This document shows positions 30,867 through 41,178 of a DNA stretch of 64,000 bases, piece after piece (position 1 is the stretch's first letter; the number at the start of each line of letters is the position of its first letter). Under the pieces are notes generated by a model. That model did not search any database and was not told the origin of the DNA. It worked only from the letters and a program-made list of their open reading frames with translations. A program made the translations under genes and the position numbers. Source of the DNA: an uncultured Apibacter sp. (GTDB taxonomy: Bacteria > Bacteroidota > Bacteroidia > Flavobacteriales > Weeksellaceae); NCBI GenBank assembly GCA_945280365.1, contig CALYQD010000004.1, positions 8,571-72,570 of the forward strand, in the 5' to 3' direction.

Positions 30867-32183
30867 ATGTATTCTAAGATAAAAAATAAAATTCTATCTA
30901 TAATTCATTATTTAAGATATGATATCTGGAGGATAAACGGAAACGACAGTACTCACATTAAAACAATTTTTATAAATATTACTAAGGCTTTTTTATTGAC
31001 CTTCAGAAATATTAATGGATCACAAATTAATACACGTGCGGCAGCTCTTACCTATAATTCTCTCTTATCTATTGTACCGTTGTTAGCCGTCTTATTTGCC
31101 ATTGCCCGAGGTTTTGGTTTTCAAAACTTAGTTGAAACACAATTATTCCAATATTTTACGGGACAGAAAATAGTTCTTTCAAAGGCTATGCAATTTATAG
31201 ACGGATCTATAGATTACGCCCAAGGAGGTGTATTTTTAGGAATCGGGATTGTAATTCTTTTCTATACTGTGGTCACTCTTCTCTCAAGTATCGAAGATAA
31301 TTTTAATATAATCTGGAGAATTAAAAAAGGTAGAACGTTTTCTCGACAATTTACAGATTATTTAGCTTTAATCCTTATTGCTCCTTTATTTTTGATATGT
31401 AATGCCGGTTTATCTATATTTCTAAATTCAACAGCAAATATTAATATAATAGGTGCGGTCATTAACCCAATACTCAAAATATTGCCTTATATAATTATTA
31501 TCTTACTCTTCACATTTTTATATATTTATATACCTAATACAAAGGTAAAGTTTAGCGCAGCAGTATTAGCAGGTATTGTAAGCGGAAGCTGTTTTCAGAT
31601 TTTTCAAATGTTATATATTTCCGGACAATTCTGGATAGCCAAATATAATGCAATTTATGGAAGTTTTTCAGCATTACCGTTATTGATGTTATGGCTTCAG
31701 CTGAGTTGGTTTATTTGTTTATTTGGAGTGCAATTATCTTTTTCTTATCAAAATGTAAATAAATTTAGTTTTGAAAAAGATATTTCAAATATAAGCAGGC
31801 GTTATAAAGATTTTATATTTTTAATGATTACCACACTTATTATAAAGAGGTTTGAAAGAGGAGATAAGCCATATACAGCAGATGAGTTGTCTGAAACTTT
31901 TAAAATACCTACGCGTTTAACTAATGATTCTTTATACTTTTTATTACAGGTAGGCTTACTTGCTGAAACTCCACTTGAAAACGATTTAGTAATTGCTTAC
32001 ATCCCGGCCATAGATATTAATCACATAACCCTCATTTATTTTTTAAATAAGATAGATCAATATGGTTCTGAAAATTTTAAAATAGATATACAGGGAGATA
32101 TTAAAAATATCTGGAATAAGACTTTAGAAATAAGAACTATGATTTATGAACATGAAAAAAATACTTTACTTAAAGATTTATAG
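30867..32183 (+). CDS. YihY/BrkB family membrane protein with C-terminal soluble extension
   Basis: 438 aa. Motifs AAALTYNSLLSIVPLLAV, YGSFSALPLLMLWLQLSW. Confidence 0.8.
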   Translation: MYSKIKNKILSIIHYLRYDIWRINGNDSTHIKTIFINITKAFLLTFRNINGSQINTRAAALTYNSLLSIVPLLAVLFAIARGFGFQNLVETQLFQYFTGQKIVLSKAMQFIDGSIDYAQGGVFLGIGIVILFYTVVTLLSSIEDNFNIIWRIKKGRTFSRQFTDYLALILIAPLFLICNAGLSIFLNSTANINIIGAVINPILKILPYIIIILLFTFLYIYIPNTKVKFSAAVLAGIVSGSCFQIFQMLYISGQFWIAKYNAIYGSFSALPLLMLWLQLSWFICLFGVQLSFSYQNVNKFSFEKDISNISRRYKDFIFLMITTLIIKRFERGDKPYTADELSETFKIPTRLTNDSLYFLLQVGLLAETPLENDLVIAYIPAIDINHITLIYFLNKIDQYGSENFKIDIQGDIKNIWNKTLEIRTMIYEHEKNTLLKDL

Positions 32184-32253
32184 TTATTCTGATATATAAA
32201 AAAGTAAATTTTCTAAACTATATTCAACAATTGAAAATAATATTATAAAATTT

Positions 32254-33663
32254 TTATTCCTGATAGGCGCCTAAAGCAGGAGCGGAGGTTCTTAGGAATC
32301 CGTTAATATCTAGTGGAACGGATAATGCATAGGTTAAATTTCCTTTTCCTAATGCAGGTGAATCTTCAGTAAGACTAAGCAAACATTCAGAATAACCTGT
32401 TTTATAAAATAAAGGGTCTTTATTTAAAATTGTGTGTATAAAATTATTATCCGTATCGACATGAATAGAATTGCTATTATTCTTAATAAGATTCGTATCA
32501 AAAGAATAAAAGAAAGGAGCGTTGGGATTATTATCTATATAAAGACTATTGTAATTATTTACCCATAAAATACAGTTCTTAAAAGAAGCATTGAGTTGTT
32601 TATATTGGAGTTTTCCGGATTTCTGATGGGAGTTGGATAAGTAAACCGCATATCCTGCCCCGGCATTTAAATTCCAATAATTTGCAAAAGTACAATGGGT
32701 AAAATCATAATTTCCACCATATAGGGCTATCAAATCGGAAGTACCACAATTATTTAAGGCAAGATTTTTTCCTTCAACATTTCCTCCTATAGAATATATT
32801 CCTCCATATAGAAAATTATAAATCTTTGAATTTGAAATTATTAATTGAGCGTTGTCCTCTAAATAAAAAGCGTTATTTCCACCTTTGATTACGGCATGAT
32901 TAACTTTTGCCAAAGAATTACGAGCTAATCGAATTTGATCCCAATTACCAGGAAGAGAATCATATCTGGATTCATGACGATCTCCACGTATAATTACCTC
33001 TTTATGTAAAGAGCCGTTTAAAGTAAGTACACTTCCGGAATCAATGAGTATAGATGCATTTTTATGAAGATATATTTTCGTTCCTTCGGAAACAGATAAG
33101 TTGGCATTATTTGTTAATTTTAAAGTGCCATATATTACTTTGGATTTTGAACTGTTCCAAAATAAATCATGAGATATTTCTTTAGTTCCTGATTTTGAAA
33201 AATAAAATTCTGCGTCTTCTATTAAAGAGAGTAATTTAACTTTTTGAGTATTTCCCATAGTATTGAAGATTAAATCCTCATCAGCCAAAGCTTCTGATGT
33301 GCTTATACCTTTGGGTGCTATTTCAATAAAAATATATAAACTGTCTTTAGAGCGTAAAGGAATGTTTTGAAAATTATTTGCATTCGAAGAATTACCCTCA
33401 AATCCGTCTACATTAATTTTAAATTGTGAAGATGAACCTTTTTCCAGATAAATTCCGGGAATCACCACATCATCATTTTGCTGATTATATACCTTGAGTA
33501 CATAGGTTTCTGATCTTACAGTTGAGAATACGGTATCTAACATTACCGTGTCTTTGGAAAATCGAAGTGGCTTTGAGGCCGGATCATAATTATAATCATC
33601 TCTACATGAAAAAATTATAAGAACTAATAAAGATATAAATAGAAGGAACGATAATTTTTTCAT
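32254..33663 (-). CDS. lipoprotein with predicted right-handed beta-helix region
   Basis: Lipobox LIIFSC. The central region has repeated short beta-strand turns with N/G-rich ladders. I recognise no specific family. Confidence 0.45.
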   Translation of the reverse strand: MKKLSFLLFISLLVLIIFSCRDDYNYDPASKPLRFSKDTVMLDTVFSTVRSETYVLKVYNQQNDDVVIPGIYLEKGSSSQFKINVDGFEGNSSNANNFQNIPLRSKDSLYIFIEIAPKGISTSEALADEDLIFNTMGNTQKVKLLSLIEDAEFYFSKSGTKEISHDLFWNSSKSKVIYGTLKLTNNANLSVSEGTKIYLHKNASILIDSGSVLTLNGSLHKEVIIRGDRHESRYDSLPGNWDQIRLARNSLAKVNHAVIKGGNNAFYLEDNAQLIISNSKIYNFLYGGIYSIGGNVEGKNLALNNCGTSDLIALYGGNYDFTHCTFANYWNLNAGAGYAVYLSNSHQKSGKLQYKQLNASFKNCILWVNNYNSLYIDNNPNAPFFYSFDTNLIKNNSNSIHVDTDNNFIHTILNKDPLFYKTGYSECLLSLTEDSPALGKGNLTYALSVPLDINGFLRTSAPALGAYQE

Positions 33664-33706
33664 ATCAATTTATTTTTGTTAAGATATAAAGGAAATAATT
33701 CAATCT

Positions 33707-34309
33707 TTAAAATTTATATCCGACACTGAGGACCAAAGAATTTTGTCTTTTTTCCAATTTAAATTCTTCACCTGTATGTTTTTTTATAAACTTGGTTTCA
33801 CTTTCATTAAATCCGAATTCATAACGGACATCAAAGGTAAGTTTGGCTAAATCGAATCCTCCACCTACCTGACCGGCAAGAGAAAAGTCATCTGTTTTAG
33901 TTTTTTTTATTCCTCTTAAAGAAATATCTTCATTTAAAGAAGTTGAAAATACAGGTCCTGCATACAATCTGATAACTTGCAGGAAATTAGATCCAAATAA
34001 TAAAGGGATATCCAGTCTGTTGGAATGGGCGGTAAATTCTGTAGAATAGTTATAATCAAAATTTGTTTTCATGGATGAAAAATAAATTTCAGGTTGAATA
34101 AACCATCTTTCCATTTTTATACGGCTAAATAGTCCCGCATGCCACCCAATGTTATCAGTAGCTTTACTTTCTTTAATATTAGTTATAGTTCGTTTTAAAT
34201 TGCCTTTATACCCAAAAGCCATACCTGCTTTCGCCCCAAATTCAACTTGTTGCGCAAACGAAACTATTGAAAAAAACAGTAAGAATAGTACTAAAAAATA
34301 CCTTTTCAT
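33707..34309 (-). CDS. small outer-membrane beta-barrel protein (OmpW/porin-type)
   Basis: Likely start MKRYFLVLFLLFF..SFAQQ (the ORF track extends to 34339). Alternating amphipathic strands and a C-terminal F. Confidence 0.6.
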   Translation of the reverse strand: MKRYFLVLFLLFFSIVSFAQQVEFGAKAGMAFGYKGNLKRTITNIKESKATDNIGWHAGLFSRIKMERWFIQPEIYFSSMKTNFDYNYSTEFTAHSNRLDIPLLFGSNFLQVIRLYAGPVFSTSLNEDISLRGIKKTKTDDFSLAGQVGGGFDLAKLTFDVRYEFGFNESETKFIKKHTGEEFKLEKRQNSLVLSVGYKF

Positions 34310-34393
34310 ATGAAATGTTTTTTGCCTAATTTTTTTCAAAGATAATTATTATTTGTTACATTTGAAGAAGATTAAACCTAATAAGATAAGAAC

Positions 34394-35086
34394 ATGGAAA
34401 TAATATATTACGGACATGCGTGTTTTGGATTTAAAACATCATCATCAACAGTCTTGATCGATCCATTTATATCGGAAAATGAATTAGCAAAAGATATAAA
34501 TATAGACGAAATTAAGGCGGATTATATTTTTTTGACCCATGCTCATTATGATCATATTTTGGATGTAGAGAGAATTGCTAAGAACAATAATTCTTCCATT
34601 TTGGCTAATCCTGAAATTACTGCACATTTTAAAAAATTAGGATTGAATGTGATTCCTATGAATATTGGAGGAGTTATGAAATTTAGTTTTGGTAAAGTTA
34701 AAATGGTGGCTGCGGTGCATAGCTCATCCTTTCCTGACGGAACTTATGGGGGATTAGCTTGCGGATACTTAATGAAAATGGATGGAAAAGTAATCTATGT
34801 TGCAGGAGATACTGCTCTTACCACAGATATGAAGCTGCTTCCATTTATTTACGGATATATCAACGTAGCAATCTTGCCAATTGGTAACTTCTATACGATG
34901 GGTGGATATGATGCTGTAATTGCAGCGAAATTTGTTAAAACTAAAAATGCTATAGCTTCCCATTATGATACTTTTCCTGCTATAAAAGTTAATAAAGATA
35001 AAACCAAACATTTGTTTTTAGCAGAGGAAAAACGTTTAACTTTTTTATCTATTGGGGAATCTATAGATATTAGTAAATTTGAATAG
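34394..35086 (+). CDS. metal-dependent hydrolase, MBL fold (UPF0173 type)
   Basis: 230 aa with THAHYDH, the MBL HxHxDH variant, and an overall YtkL/UPF0173-like layout. Confidence 0.75.
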   Translation: MEIIYYGHACFGFKTSSSTVLIDPFISENELAKDINIDEIKADYIFLTHAHYDHILDVERIAKNNNSSILANPEITAHFKKLGLNVIPMNIGGVMKFSFGKVKMVAAVHSSSFPDGTYGGLACGYLMKMDGKVIYVAGDTALTTDMKLLPFIYGYINVAILPIGNFYTMGGYDAVIAAKFVKTKNAIASHYDTFPAIKVNKDKTKHLFLAEEKRLTFLSIGESIDISKFE

Positions 35087-35160
35087 TTTTTTAATCTTAA
35101 TTAAAATTTTAATTATATAGAAAAAATTTTATTCGATAGAATTTAATTTTAAAAAAAATT

Positions 35161-37200
35161 ATGAATAATAATTTATTGGAAAAATTTAATACACCTTTTG
35201 AAAGTATTCCTTTCGAAGAAATTAAGCAAGAACAATTTAAACCAGCAATAGAAAAGGCAATTGACGATGCAAAGAAAGAGATAAATGAAATAATTGAAAA
35301 CACGGATCCTCCTAATTTTGTTAACACTATAGTAGCTTTAGAAAATGTTGGAAAAAAACTTAATATAGTTTCCTCTACTTTTTTTAATTTAAATTCTGCG
35401 GAGACTAATGATTATTTGCAAAGCTTAGCGGAAGAAATTTCCCCCCTATTGACTGAATTTGCAAATGATATTGTGTTAAATGAAAAATTATTTGAAAAAA
35501 TAAAGATTGTTTATGATACTACATTAAAATCCAAGTTAAGCCAAGAAGAAGTACGGTTGTTGGATAAAACCTATAAGGATTTTTCTAAAAACGGAGCATT
35601 ACTTTCAACGGAAGATAAGGATACTCTTAGAAAAATATCTAATGAATTGGCAGTACTTTCCGTAAAATTTGGGCAAAATGTTTTGAAAGAAACTAACGAT
35701 TATTTTCTCCATATTACCGATAGTAACGATATGGAAGGAGTTCCGGAATCTATTAAGGAGATGGCGCGTAATGAGGCTGAAAGTAGAGGTTTGGAAGGCT
35801 GGGTATTTACATTACATTATCCAAGTTATGTACCTTTCCTTACGTATGCAAAAAACAGGGAATTACGTAAAGATATCTATACGGCATATATGCAGAGAGC
35901 CTGTAAGAATAACGAGTATAATAATGAAGAAATAATTCATAAGATAGTTAAATTACGAGGAGAGAAAGCCCAATTGTTAGGTTTTAAGACTTATGCAGAT
36001 TTAATTTTACAAGAAAGAATGGCTGCTGCACCTAAGATCGTATATGATTTCTTATATGATTTACTGAATAAAGCAAAGCCTTTCGCAGTAAAAGAAATCC
36101 AACAATTAAAAGAGTTGGCTGTACGAGAGGGGATTTCAGAGATTATGCCATACGATCATGCTTATTATGCGGAAAAATTAAGACAAGAAAAATTTTCGTT
36201 TTCTGAAGAAGAGCTCAAGCCGTATTTTCCATTAGATCAAGTGGTAAATGCCGCATTTGATGCTGCAAATAATTTATACGGATTAACATTCCATGAAAGA
36301 AATGACATTCAGAAATATCATCCGGAAGTTAAAGTTTATGAAGTAATAAATGATAAGGGAAAGCATCAGGCATTATTATATGCCGACTTTTTTCCACGTG
36401 CAGGTAAAAGAGCAGGCGCTTGGATGACTTCTTTTAAAGGACAGTTTAAAACATTAAGTGATAACGTTAGACCTCATATATCTATTGTTTGTAATTTTTC
36501 CCGTCCCAATGGAGAGATACCGTCTTTATTAACATTCACGGAAGTAACAACACTTTTTCATGAATTTGGACATGCTTTGCACGGCATTTTAGCAAACACC
36601 ACATTTGAATCATTGTCAGGAACTAATGTTTATTGGGATTTCGTTGAGCTACCATCTCAATTCATGGAAAATTATGTATTTGAAAAGGAATTTTTAAAAA
36701 CTTTTGCGCTTCATTATAAAACAGGAAAATTGCTAAAAGAGGAAAAAATTGATAAAATAGTAGCATCTGCCAATTTCATGCAAGGGTATCAAACAATCCG
36801 CCAGATAGGCTTAGGTTTATTAGATATGGCTTACCATACAAATGAATTAAAAGCAGAGGAAAGAATTGAAGATTTTGAAGTCAATAAAGTAAAAGAAACG
36901 CAAGTATATCCTCATATTAAAAATACCTGTATAAGCACTTCTTTTTCTCATATATTTCAAGGAGGATATGCCGCAGGATACTACTCATACAAATGGGCTG
37001 AAGTTTTAGATGCTGATGCTTTTGATTTCTTCAAAGAAAGAGGAATCTTTGATAAGGAAACTGCTTTAAAATTTGAAAATTTATTGAGTAAAGGAGGAAC
37101 TGAGGACCCGATGGAATTGTATATTAGCTTCCGCGGAAGAAGACCTGAATCGGATGCTTTACTAAAACGCGCCGGTTTAATTCAGGATGCAAATTCATAA
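35161..37200 (+). CDS. dcp: M3 family metallopeptidase (peptidyl-dipeptidase Dcp / oligopeptidase A-like)
   Basis: 679 aa with zinc motif HEFGHALH and the downstream E. Typical M3A length. Confidence 0.9.
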   Translation: MNNNLLEKFNTPFESIPFEEIKQEQFKPAIEKAIDDAKKEINEIIENTDPPNFVNTIVALENVGKKLNIVSSTFFNLNSAETNDYLQSLAEEISPLLTEFANDIVLNEKLFEKIKIVYDTTLKSKLSQEEVRLLDKTYKDFSKNGALLSTEDKDTLRKISNELAVLSVKFGQNVLKETNDYFLHITDSNDMEGVPESIKEMARNEAESRGLEGWVFTLHYPSYVPFLTYAKNRELRKDIYTAYMQRACKNNEYNNEEIIHKIVKLRGEKAQLLGFKTYADLILQERMAAAPKIVYDFLYDLLNKAKPFAVKEIQQLKELAVREGISEIMPYDHAYYAEKLRQEKFSFSEEELKPYFPLDQVVNAAFDAANNLYGLTFHERNDIQKYHPEVKVYEVINDKGKHQALLYADFFPRAGKRAGAWMTSFKGQFKTLSDNVRPHISIVCNFSRPNGEIPSLLTFTEVTTLFHEFGHALHGILANTTFESLSGTNVYWDFVELPSQFMENYVFEKEFLKTFALHYKTGKLLKEEKIDKIVASANFMQGYQTIRQIGLGLLDMAYHTNELKAEERIEDFEVNKVKETQVYPHIKNTCISTSFSHIFQGGYAAGYYSYKWAEVLDADAFDFFKERGIFDKETALKFENLLSKGGTEDPMELYISFRGRRPESDALLKRAGLIQDANS

Positions 37201-37227
37201 TAAATAGAAACTTATAATAATAATAAT

Positions 37228-37257
37228 AATGGTTTGATCTTTTTCAAGCCATTTTTT
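37228..37257 (+). terminator. rho-independent terminator after dcp
   Basis: AATGGTTTGA / TCAAGCCATT stem (one G-U pair) followed by TTTTTT. Confidence 0.65.
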
Positions 37258-37359
37258 ATAGATAGTAGAATTATATCACTAAAAGTCAATTGTTTTATGA
37301 AAAAATTATTGTTAAGATTTACCTCTATTCTTTAAAAAATTATCTCTCTTTAAATAAAT

Positions 37360-38256
37360 TTATCTTTTTTTTAAAGCATCAAACCATTTGAAATTTTTGT
37401 AGGGTATATAGTGTTTCGTTTTGGCACCTAAACTCTTATTAAAATTAGCTATGCCCTGAATCATGGATCCTTCAAAATCGAATATTAGTTTTTGATTTGA
37501 GTATTTTTGAATTATCAAATCAATGAGATAGGCATAAGAATTTTTAATTTCAATTTCTTTAATTCTTACGGAAAGCAAATTTATAATTCTCCCTTTGGAA
37601 AAAATTAGCCATAAATAGACTGTAGGTATATGTTGTTCTCTATATACCGTATATTGTTTTAAAAGATTTCGATGATTTAATTCCAGTAAAAGTGAATTTA
37701 AAATATCTATTTGTGATTCTGAAAGAAAATTATGCAAATGGGTAAACAGAGTTCCTTTGATAACAGAATCTATATATCCTTCTTCAATTTCTATACTAGG
37801 TGAAAAATCATTTTTTAGAACTCTTTTTTTATTTTTATTATAATTATTTGAAATTGTTAAGTAATTAGATTCGAGATTTAGAATTTGATTATCTCTCTTT
37901 ATACAATCTGTAGGAAAATAAGAAGTATTTTCTTCGTTAAAACAATAGCTTCTAACTCTGTATCTATTCAAAAAGGATAAAAAAAGGCTAAAGTTCTCAG
38001 CAGATATATTTTCTTTATAAAAAATACCTAGTTGTTGACAAAAAGTAGGTTGTACAACAAATTTCATTCCTAATTTCTTATGATAAGCAATAGGCATTAC
38101 TGCTTCAAAATTGTTTAGTACCAATATATCATAACCGTCAGGAGAAACAATGTCCAAATACCATAATTCTGCATAGACTCTGTAATTTAAAGAATTATGC
38201 AAACAATTGGAATAATTCCTTTTATCAATATTTTTATGGTTATATATATGGATCAT
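37360..38256 (-). CDS. hypothetical protein, possibly FemAB/BioF2-like GNAT-fold acyltransferase
   Basis: 298 aa. The only weak cue is the C-terminal FDFEGSMIQGIANFNKSLGAK block, which resembles Acetyltransf_6-type proteins. Confidence 0.35.
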   Translation of the reverse strand: MIHIYNHKNIDKRNYSNCLHNSLNYRVYAELWYLDIVSPDGYDILVLNNFEAVMPIAYHKKLGMKFVVQPTFCQQLGIFYKENISAENFSLFLSFLNRYRVRSYCFNEENTSYFPTDCIKRDNQILNLESNYLTISNNYNKNKKRVLKNDFSPSIEIEEGYIDSVIKGTLFTHLHNFLSESQIDILNSLLLELNHRNLLKQYTVYREQHIPTVYLWLIFSKGRIINLLSVRIKEIEIKNSYAYLIDLIIQKYSNQKLIFDFEGSMIQGIANFNKSLGAKTKHYIPYKNFKWFDALKKR

Positions 38257-39529
38257 TCACTTTAACAATTAACTTTTCATACAATGATTTCCATGAGTTC
38301 CATTCTCCATAATCAGATAAGCTATCGTTATGAAAGATAGAGATGAATGTCCCATTTACTTTTTTTACGGAATTTAGTAAATCCCAAATTTTATTTTCTG
38401 CCTCCTCAATTGTTAAATTCATATAATTTTTTAACGTTACGTCCATCATGCAGAAAGGATAAATTTTTAAGTCTGTGATTTTATTGTTTTTTAAATCAAA
38501 CCAGTAGAAAGGGGTACATGTTCCGGCACGAAATCCGATATGATCCTGAAAACCCATAGAAAAATCAGCGGTAATATGTAAATTTATGAGATTAGAATAA
38601 GTTTCGGGTAATGTAAGTTTGATGAAATGTTGTCGAGAGAATGAAATTTTTTGTTTCAAAAGTTTTTCCAACGCTATTTTTTCTTTTTTTAAAATTTCAA
38701 AATCTTTATTGGAATAATAGCTGGGGTGGAGACCAATAGTTGTGTATTCCTGCTTATCTAATTGACCAATGAGATTGCGATATGCTTTATTTTTTGGATT
38801 GTGATTGGTATCCCATTTGCTTCCCAAGCCAAAAGACACAAAATAAATGGTAGGAAATTCTAATTGTTCTATATAGGGATAAATATAATAAGGATCGGGT
38901 TTTATTCCTAATAATATTAAGGTTTGAAAGTATCCGTCTTTCCAACGCGAGGTAATAAGTTTTTTTCCAAAGGATTTTAAATTTCTAAACCAAGATTTAT
39001 TCTTATAAAGCCAAGCATGATCAATATCAATGGTATTAATAAATTCAAATTTACGATTCTTACGTACAAGGGTAGGGAAATGATCTTTAAGTTGATTAAA
39101 CAAGTCATAAGCAAATGTATCTATCCATGGATGAATTGGATCTATTTTACCATTGATGGAAGAAGATTGATAAGAAAATCTTTTATGTACATCTTCCCTA
39201 TAAGGTAGATATTCCTCGTATCTTGAAAGTAAGTAAAATGTGGTTGCAAAAGGGTCCTTTAAGATTTTGGTAAGATCTTGCATTTTAATATCGGTCTCGA
39301 ATAGTAAATTGCAAGCCGAAAAATGCATTTCGTCTTTTATACTTAAGTTGGAGTAAGAAAATTTAGGTACGGCTTTACTATGATAATAATCTAGAGAATC
39401 TGTTAGTTGGAATTGAATTCCTAGGATTTGTTCGAAGATAAAGGAATATGTATAACGGATTCTTTCATTAATGTTGGGTACATAGATTAAAATCATATCC
39501 CAAAAATTATAATAAATTTTCATCAGCAA
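38240..39529 (-). CDS. hypothetical protein, possibly polysaccharide deacetylase-like
   Basis: 429 aa. The contexts IDIDHAW, GLHPSYYS and SRQHF resemble NodB-type metal and catalytic motifs. The real start may be the internal M at 39496. Overlaps the downstream gene by 17 nt. Confidence 0.35.
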   Translation of the reverse strand: MLMKIYYNFWDMILIYVPNINERIRYTYSFIFEQILGIQFQLTDSLDYYHSKAVPKFSYSNLSIKDEMHFSACNLLFETDIKMQDLTKILKDPFATTFYLLSRYEEYLPYREDVHKRFSYQSSSINGKIDPIHPWIDTFAYDLFNQLKDHFPTLVRKNRKFEFINTIDIDHAWLYKNKSWFRNLKSFGKKLITSRWKDGYFQTLILLGIKPDPYYIYPYIEQLEFPTIYFVSFGLGSKWDTNHNPKNKAYRNLIGQLDKQEYTTIGLHPSYYSNKDFEILKKEKIALEKLLKQKISFSRQHFIKLTLPETYSNLINLHITADFSMGFQDHIGFRAGTCTPFYWFDLKNNKITDLKIYPFCMMDVTLKNYMNLTIEEAENKIWDLLNSVKKVNGTFISIFHNDSLSDYGEWNSWKSLYEKLIVKVNDPYI

Positions 39530-40184
39530 AACTAAAATAGGAAGTTTGGGTTACAATTAGATGATCCATAAGAGTAATATTCAATAAACTACCTGCTTTT
39601 TTAATTTCCTGAGTGATTTGAATATCAGAATTGCTCGGTTGTATATTTCCCGAAGGATGATTATGAGATATGATTAATGAAACTGCATTGAGTTCTAATG
39701 CATGTTTGAAAATAATTCTATTGTCAACCATTGTTCCTGTAATTCCTCCTTGAGAAATTTTTTCTTTGCTTACTATTTTATTGGATCGACTTAAATATAT
39801 AACCCAAAATTCTTCAATAAGAAGGTCTCCAATTATTGGCTGAAGAATATTAAATGCATCTTTGGCAGAAGAAATATTTTCTTTTTTGAGTGCTTGTTGT
39901 AAAGATTTTCTTCTTCCAATTTCCAAGGAAGTAACTATTTCAATAGCTTTTACTTTACCGACACCGTTGAATTTGCATAAATCTCGTATTGAGAGCTTTG
40001 CCAATTCGTTCCAATTATTATTTACCGAAGATAAGATCCGTTGAGCTAGAATAATGCTGCTTTCTTGTTTAGAGCCGCTCCCCAGAATTATAGCTAAAAG
40101 CTCGGCATCTGATAATGATTGTTTGCCTTTTAACAATAATTTTTCTCTGGGTCTTTCTTCTTCAGCTAATGATTTTATATTCAT
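39507..40184 (-). CDS. radC: RadC-family JAB/MPN domain protein
   Basis: 225 aa with an N-terminal HhH region (ELLAIILGSG) and the JAMM motif HNHPSG. Confidence 0.9.
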   Translation of the reverse strand: MNIKSLAEEERPREKLLLKGKQSLSDAELLAIILGSGSKQESSIILAQRILSSVNNNWNELAKLSIRDLCKFNGVGKVKAIEIVTSLEIGRRKSLQQALKKENISSAKDAFNILQPIIGDLLIEEFWVIYLSRSNKIVSKEKISQGGITGTMVDNRIIFKHALELNAVSLIISHNHPSGNIQPSNSDIQITQEIKKAGSLLNITLMDHLIVTQTSYFSFADENLL

Positions 40185-40199
40185 ATGAACTCATTTTAA

Positions 40200-40709
40200 T
40201 TAGATTCCATCTTGAATATCCTTCTGAAGATATAATATTGCAGTGGATGATGGGGATGAGTCTTCCATAGACTGTTTTATAATTTCCTCTTGAATTTCTT
40301 TAACAGAGGATTCTTCCATGGATTGGATGGTGTTTTTTATTAATAGTTGTGTGGCATTTTTTGCCGATAGAATGATTTTCCAAGTATTAGGATTTATATA
40401 TACTTGTTGAGCTAAATTGTGCTCAAATTCCGTTTGAATGGTTTCAATTAGATTATATTCATAAGATTTACTATCCTCAGTTGGCGCAACGCGTCTGATT
40501 AATGAGGCAGGTTTAATTCTTTCTAAAAATAAAGTCATTCGCTCATAGGCTTGCAATTTATTCGGTAAAATGTTTTCAGAATATTTTAAACGAAGTTCGA
40601 AATTTCTTCTTTCTCTTTCTGATTGAAAAAATCGGGTAAGCATAAACATAAATCCCCCTACGAAAATTACTAAAATAGCAAGGGAAATAATTAAAATTGA
40701 AATGTCCAT
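40200..40709 (-). CDS. membrane-anchored hypothetical protein
   Basis: 169 aa with a single N-terminal TM helix. No recognised domain. Confidence 0.5.
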   Translation of the reverse strand: MDISILIISLAILVIFVGGFMFMLTRFFQSERERRNFELRLKYSENILPNKLQAYERMTLFLERIKPASLIRRVAPTEDSKSYEYNLIETIQTEFEHNLAQQVYINPNTWKIILSAKNATQLLIKNTIQSMEESSVKEIQEEIIKQSMEDSSPSSTAILYLQKDIQDGI

Positions 40710-40899
40710 AAAATTTAAATAAATTAGGCGGAGGCAAAAATACTATTTTATATTAAAAAAAACACCTAATGGAAAAGAATATTAAAAAAGTTTAAATTCT
40801 TTTTTATTGATACTAACATATTTAGATTTTGATAGTAAAAAAAGTTTAAAAAATATTTGGAGCATATAGAAATATCTTCTACATTTGCACTCACAAAAT

Positions 40900-40973
40900 T
40901 CCTCCTTAGCTCAGTCGGTTAGAGCATCTGACTGTTAATCAGAGGGTCGCTGGTTCGAGCCCAGCAGGAGGAG
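40900..40973 (+). tRNA. tRNA-Asn (anticodon GTT)
   Basis: Cloverleaf read by eye: acceptor TCCTCCT/AGGAGGA, D arm GCTC-AGTCGGTTA-GAGC, anticodon arm TCTGA-CTGTTAA-TCAGA, T arm GCTGG-TTCGAGC-CCAGC, discriminator G. CCA is not encoded. Confidence 0.95.
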
Positions 40974-40983
40974 CTAAAATTCA

Positions 40984-41017
40984 AAAGGTTACAAACTTAA
41001 TAAGTTGTAACCTTTTT
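40984..41017 (+). terminator. hairpin terminator after tRNA-Asn
   Basis: AAAGGTTACAAACTTA / TAAGTTGTAACCTTT stem (one bulge) followed by a T-run. Confidence 0.6.
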
Positions 41018-41019
41018 CG

Positions 41020-41041
41020 TTTGTCAAAAATTTGTCAAAAA
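41020..41041. repeat. perfect tandem direct repeat, 2 x 11 bp (TTTGTCAAAAA)
   Basis: Read directly. A degenerate version (TTTGACAAAATTTGCC) follows the decayed tRNA copy at about 50030-50046. Confidence 0.9.
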
Positions 41042-41103
41042 ACATTATATTTATTTTCTATATTTAAAAGAGACTCTGGTTAAATCTTAAACATAATTAA
41101 AAA

Positions 41104-41134
41104 TAAAAAAGATGAGATTAAACTTAAACTCATC
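41104..41134 (-). terminator. probable terminator downstream of the XRE regulator gene
   Basis: On the minus strand this reads GATGAG-loop-CTCATC followed by TTTTTT. Confidence 0.5.
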
Positions 41135-41142
41135 TCTATAAA

Positions 41143-41178
41143 TTTCTTGAAAAATATTTCTTTCTTGAAAAATATTTC
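41143..41178. repeat. perfect tandem direct repeat, 2 x 18 bp (TTTCTTGAAAAATATTTC)
   Basis: Read directly. It abuts the stop codon of the XRE regulator gene. Confidence 0.9.

Noticed and set aside
37214-37230. (ATA/TAA)n microsatellite after dcp.
   Set aside because: It has only about five to six units, is non-coding, and is adjacent to a normal terminator. It has no evident function.
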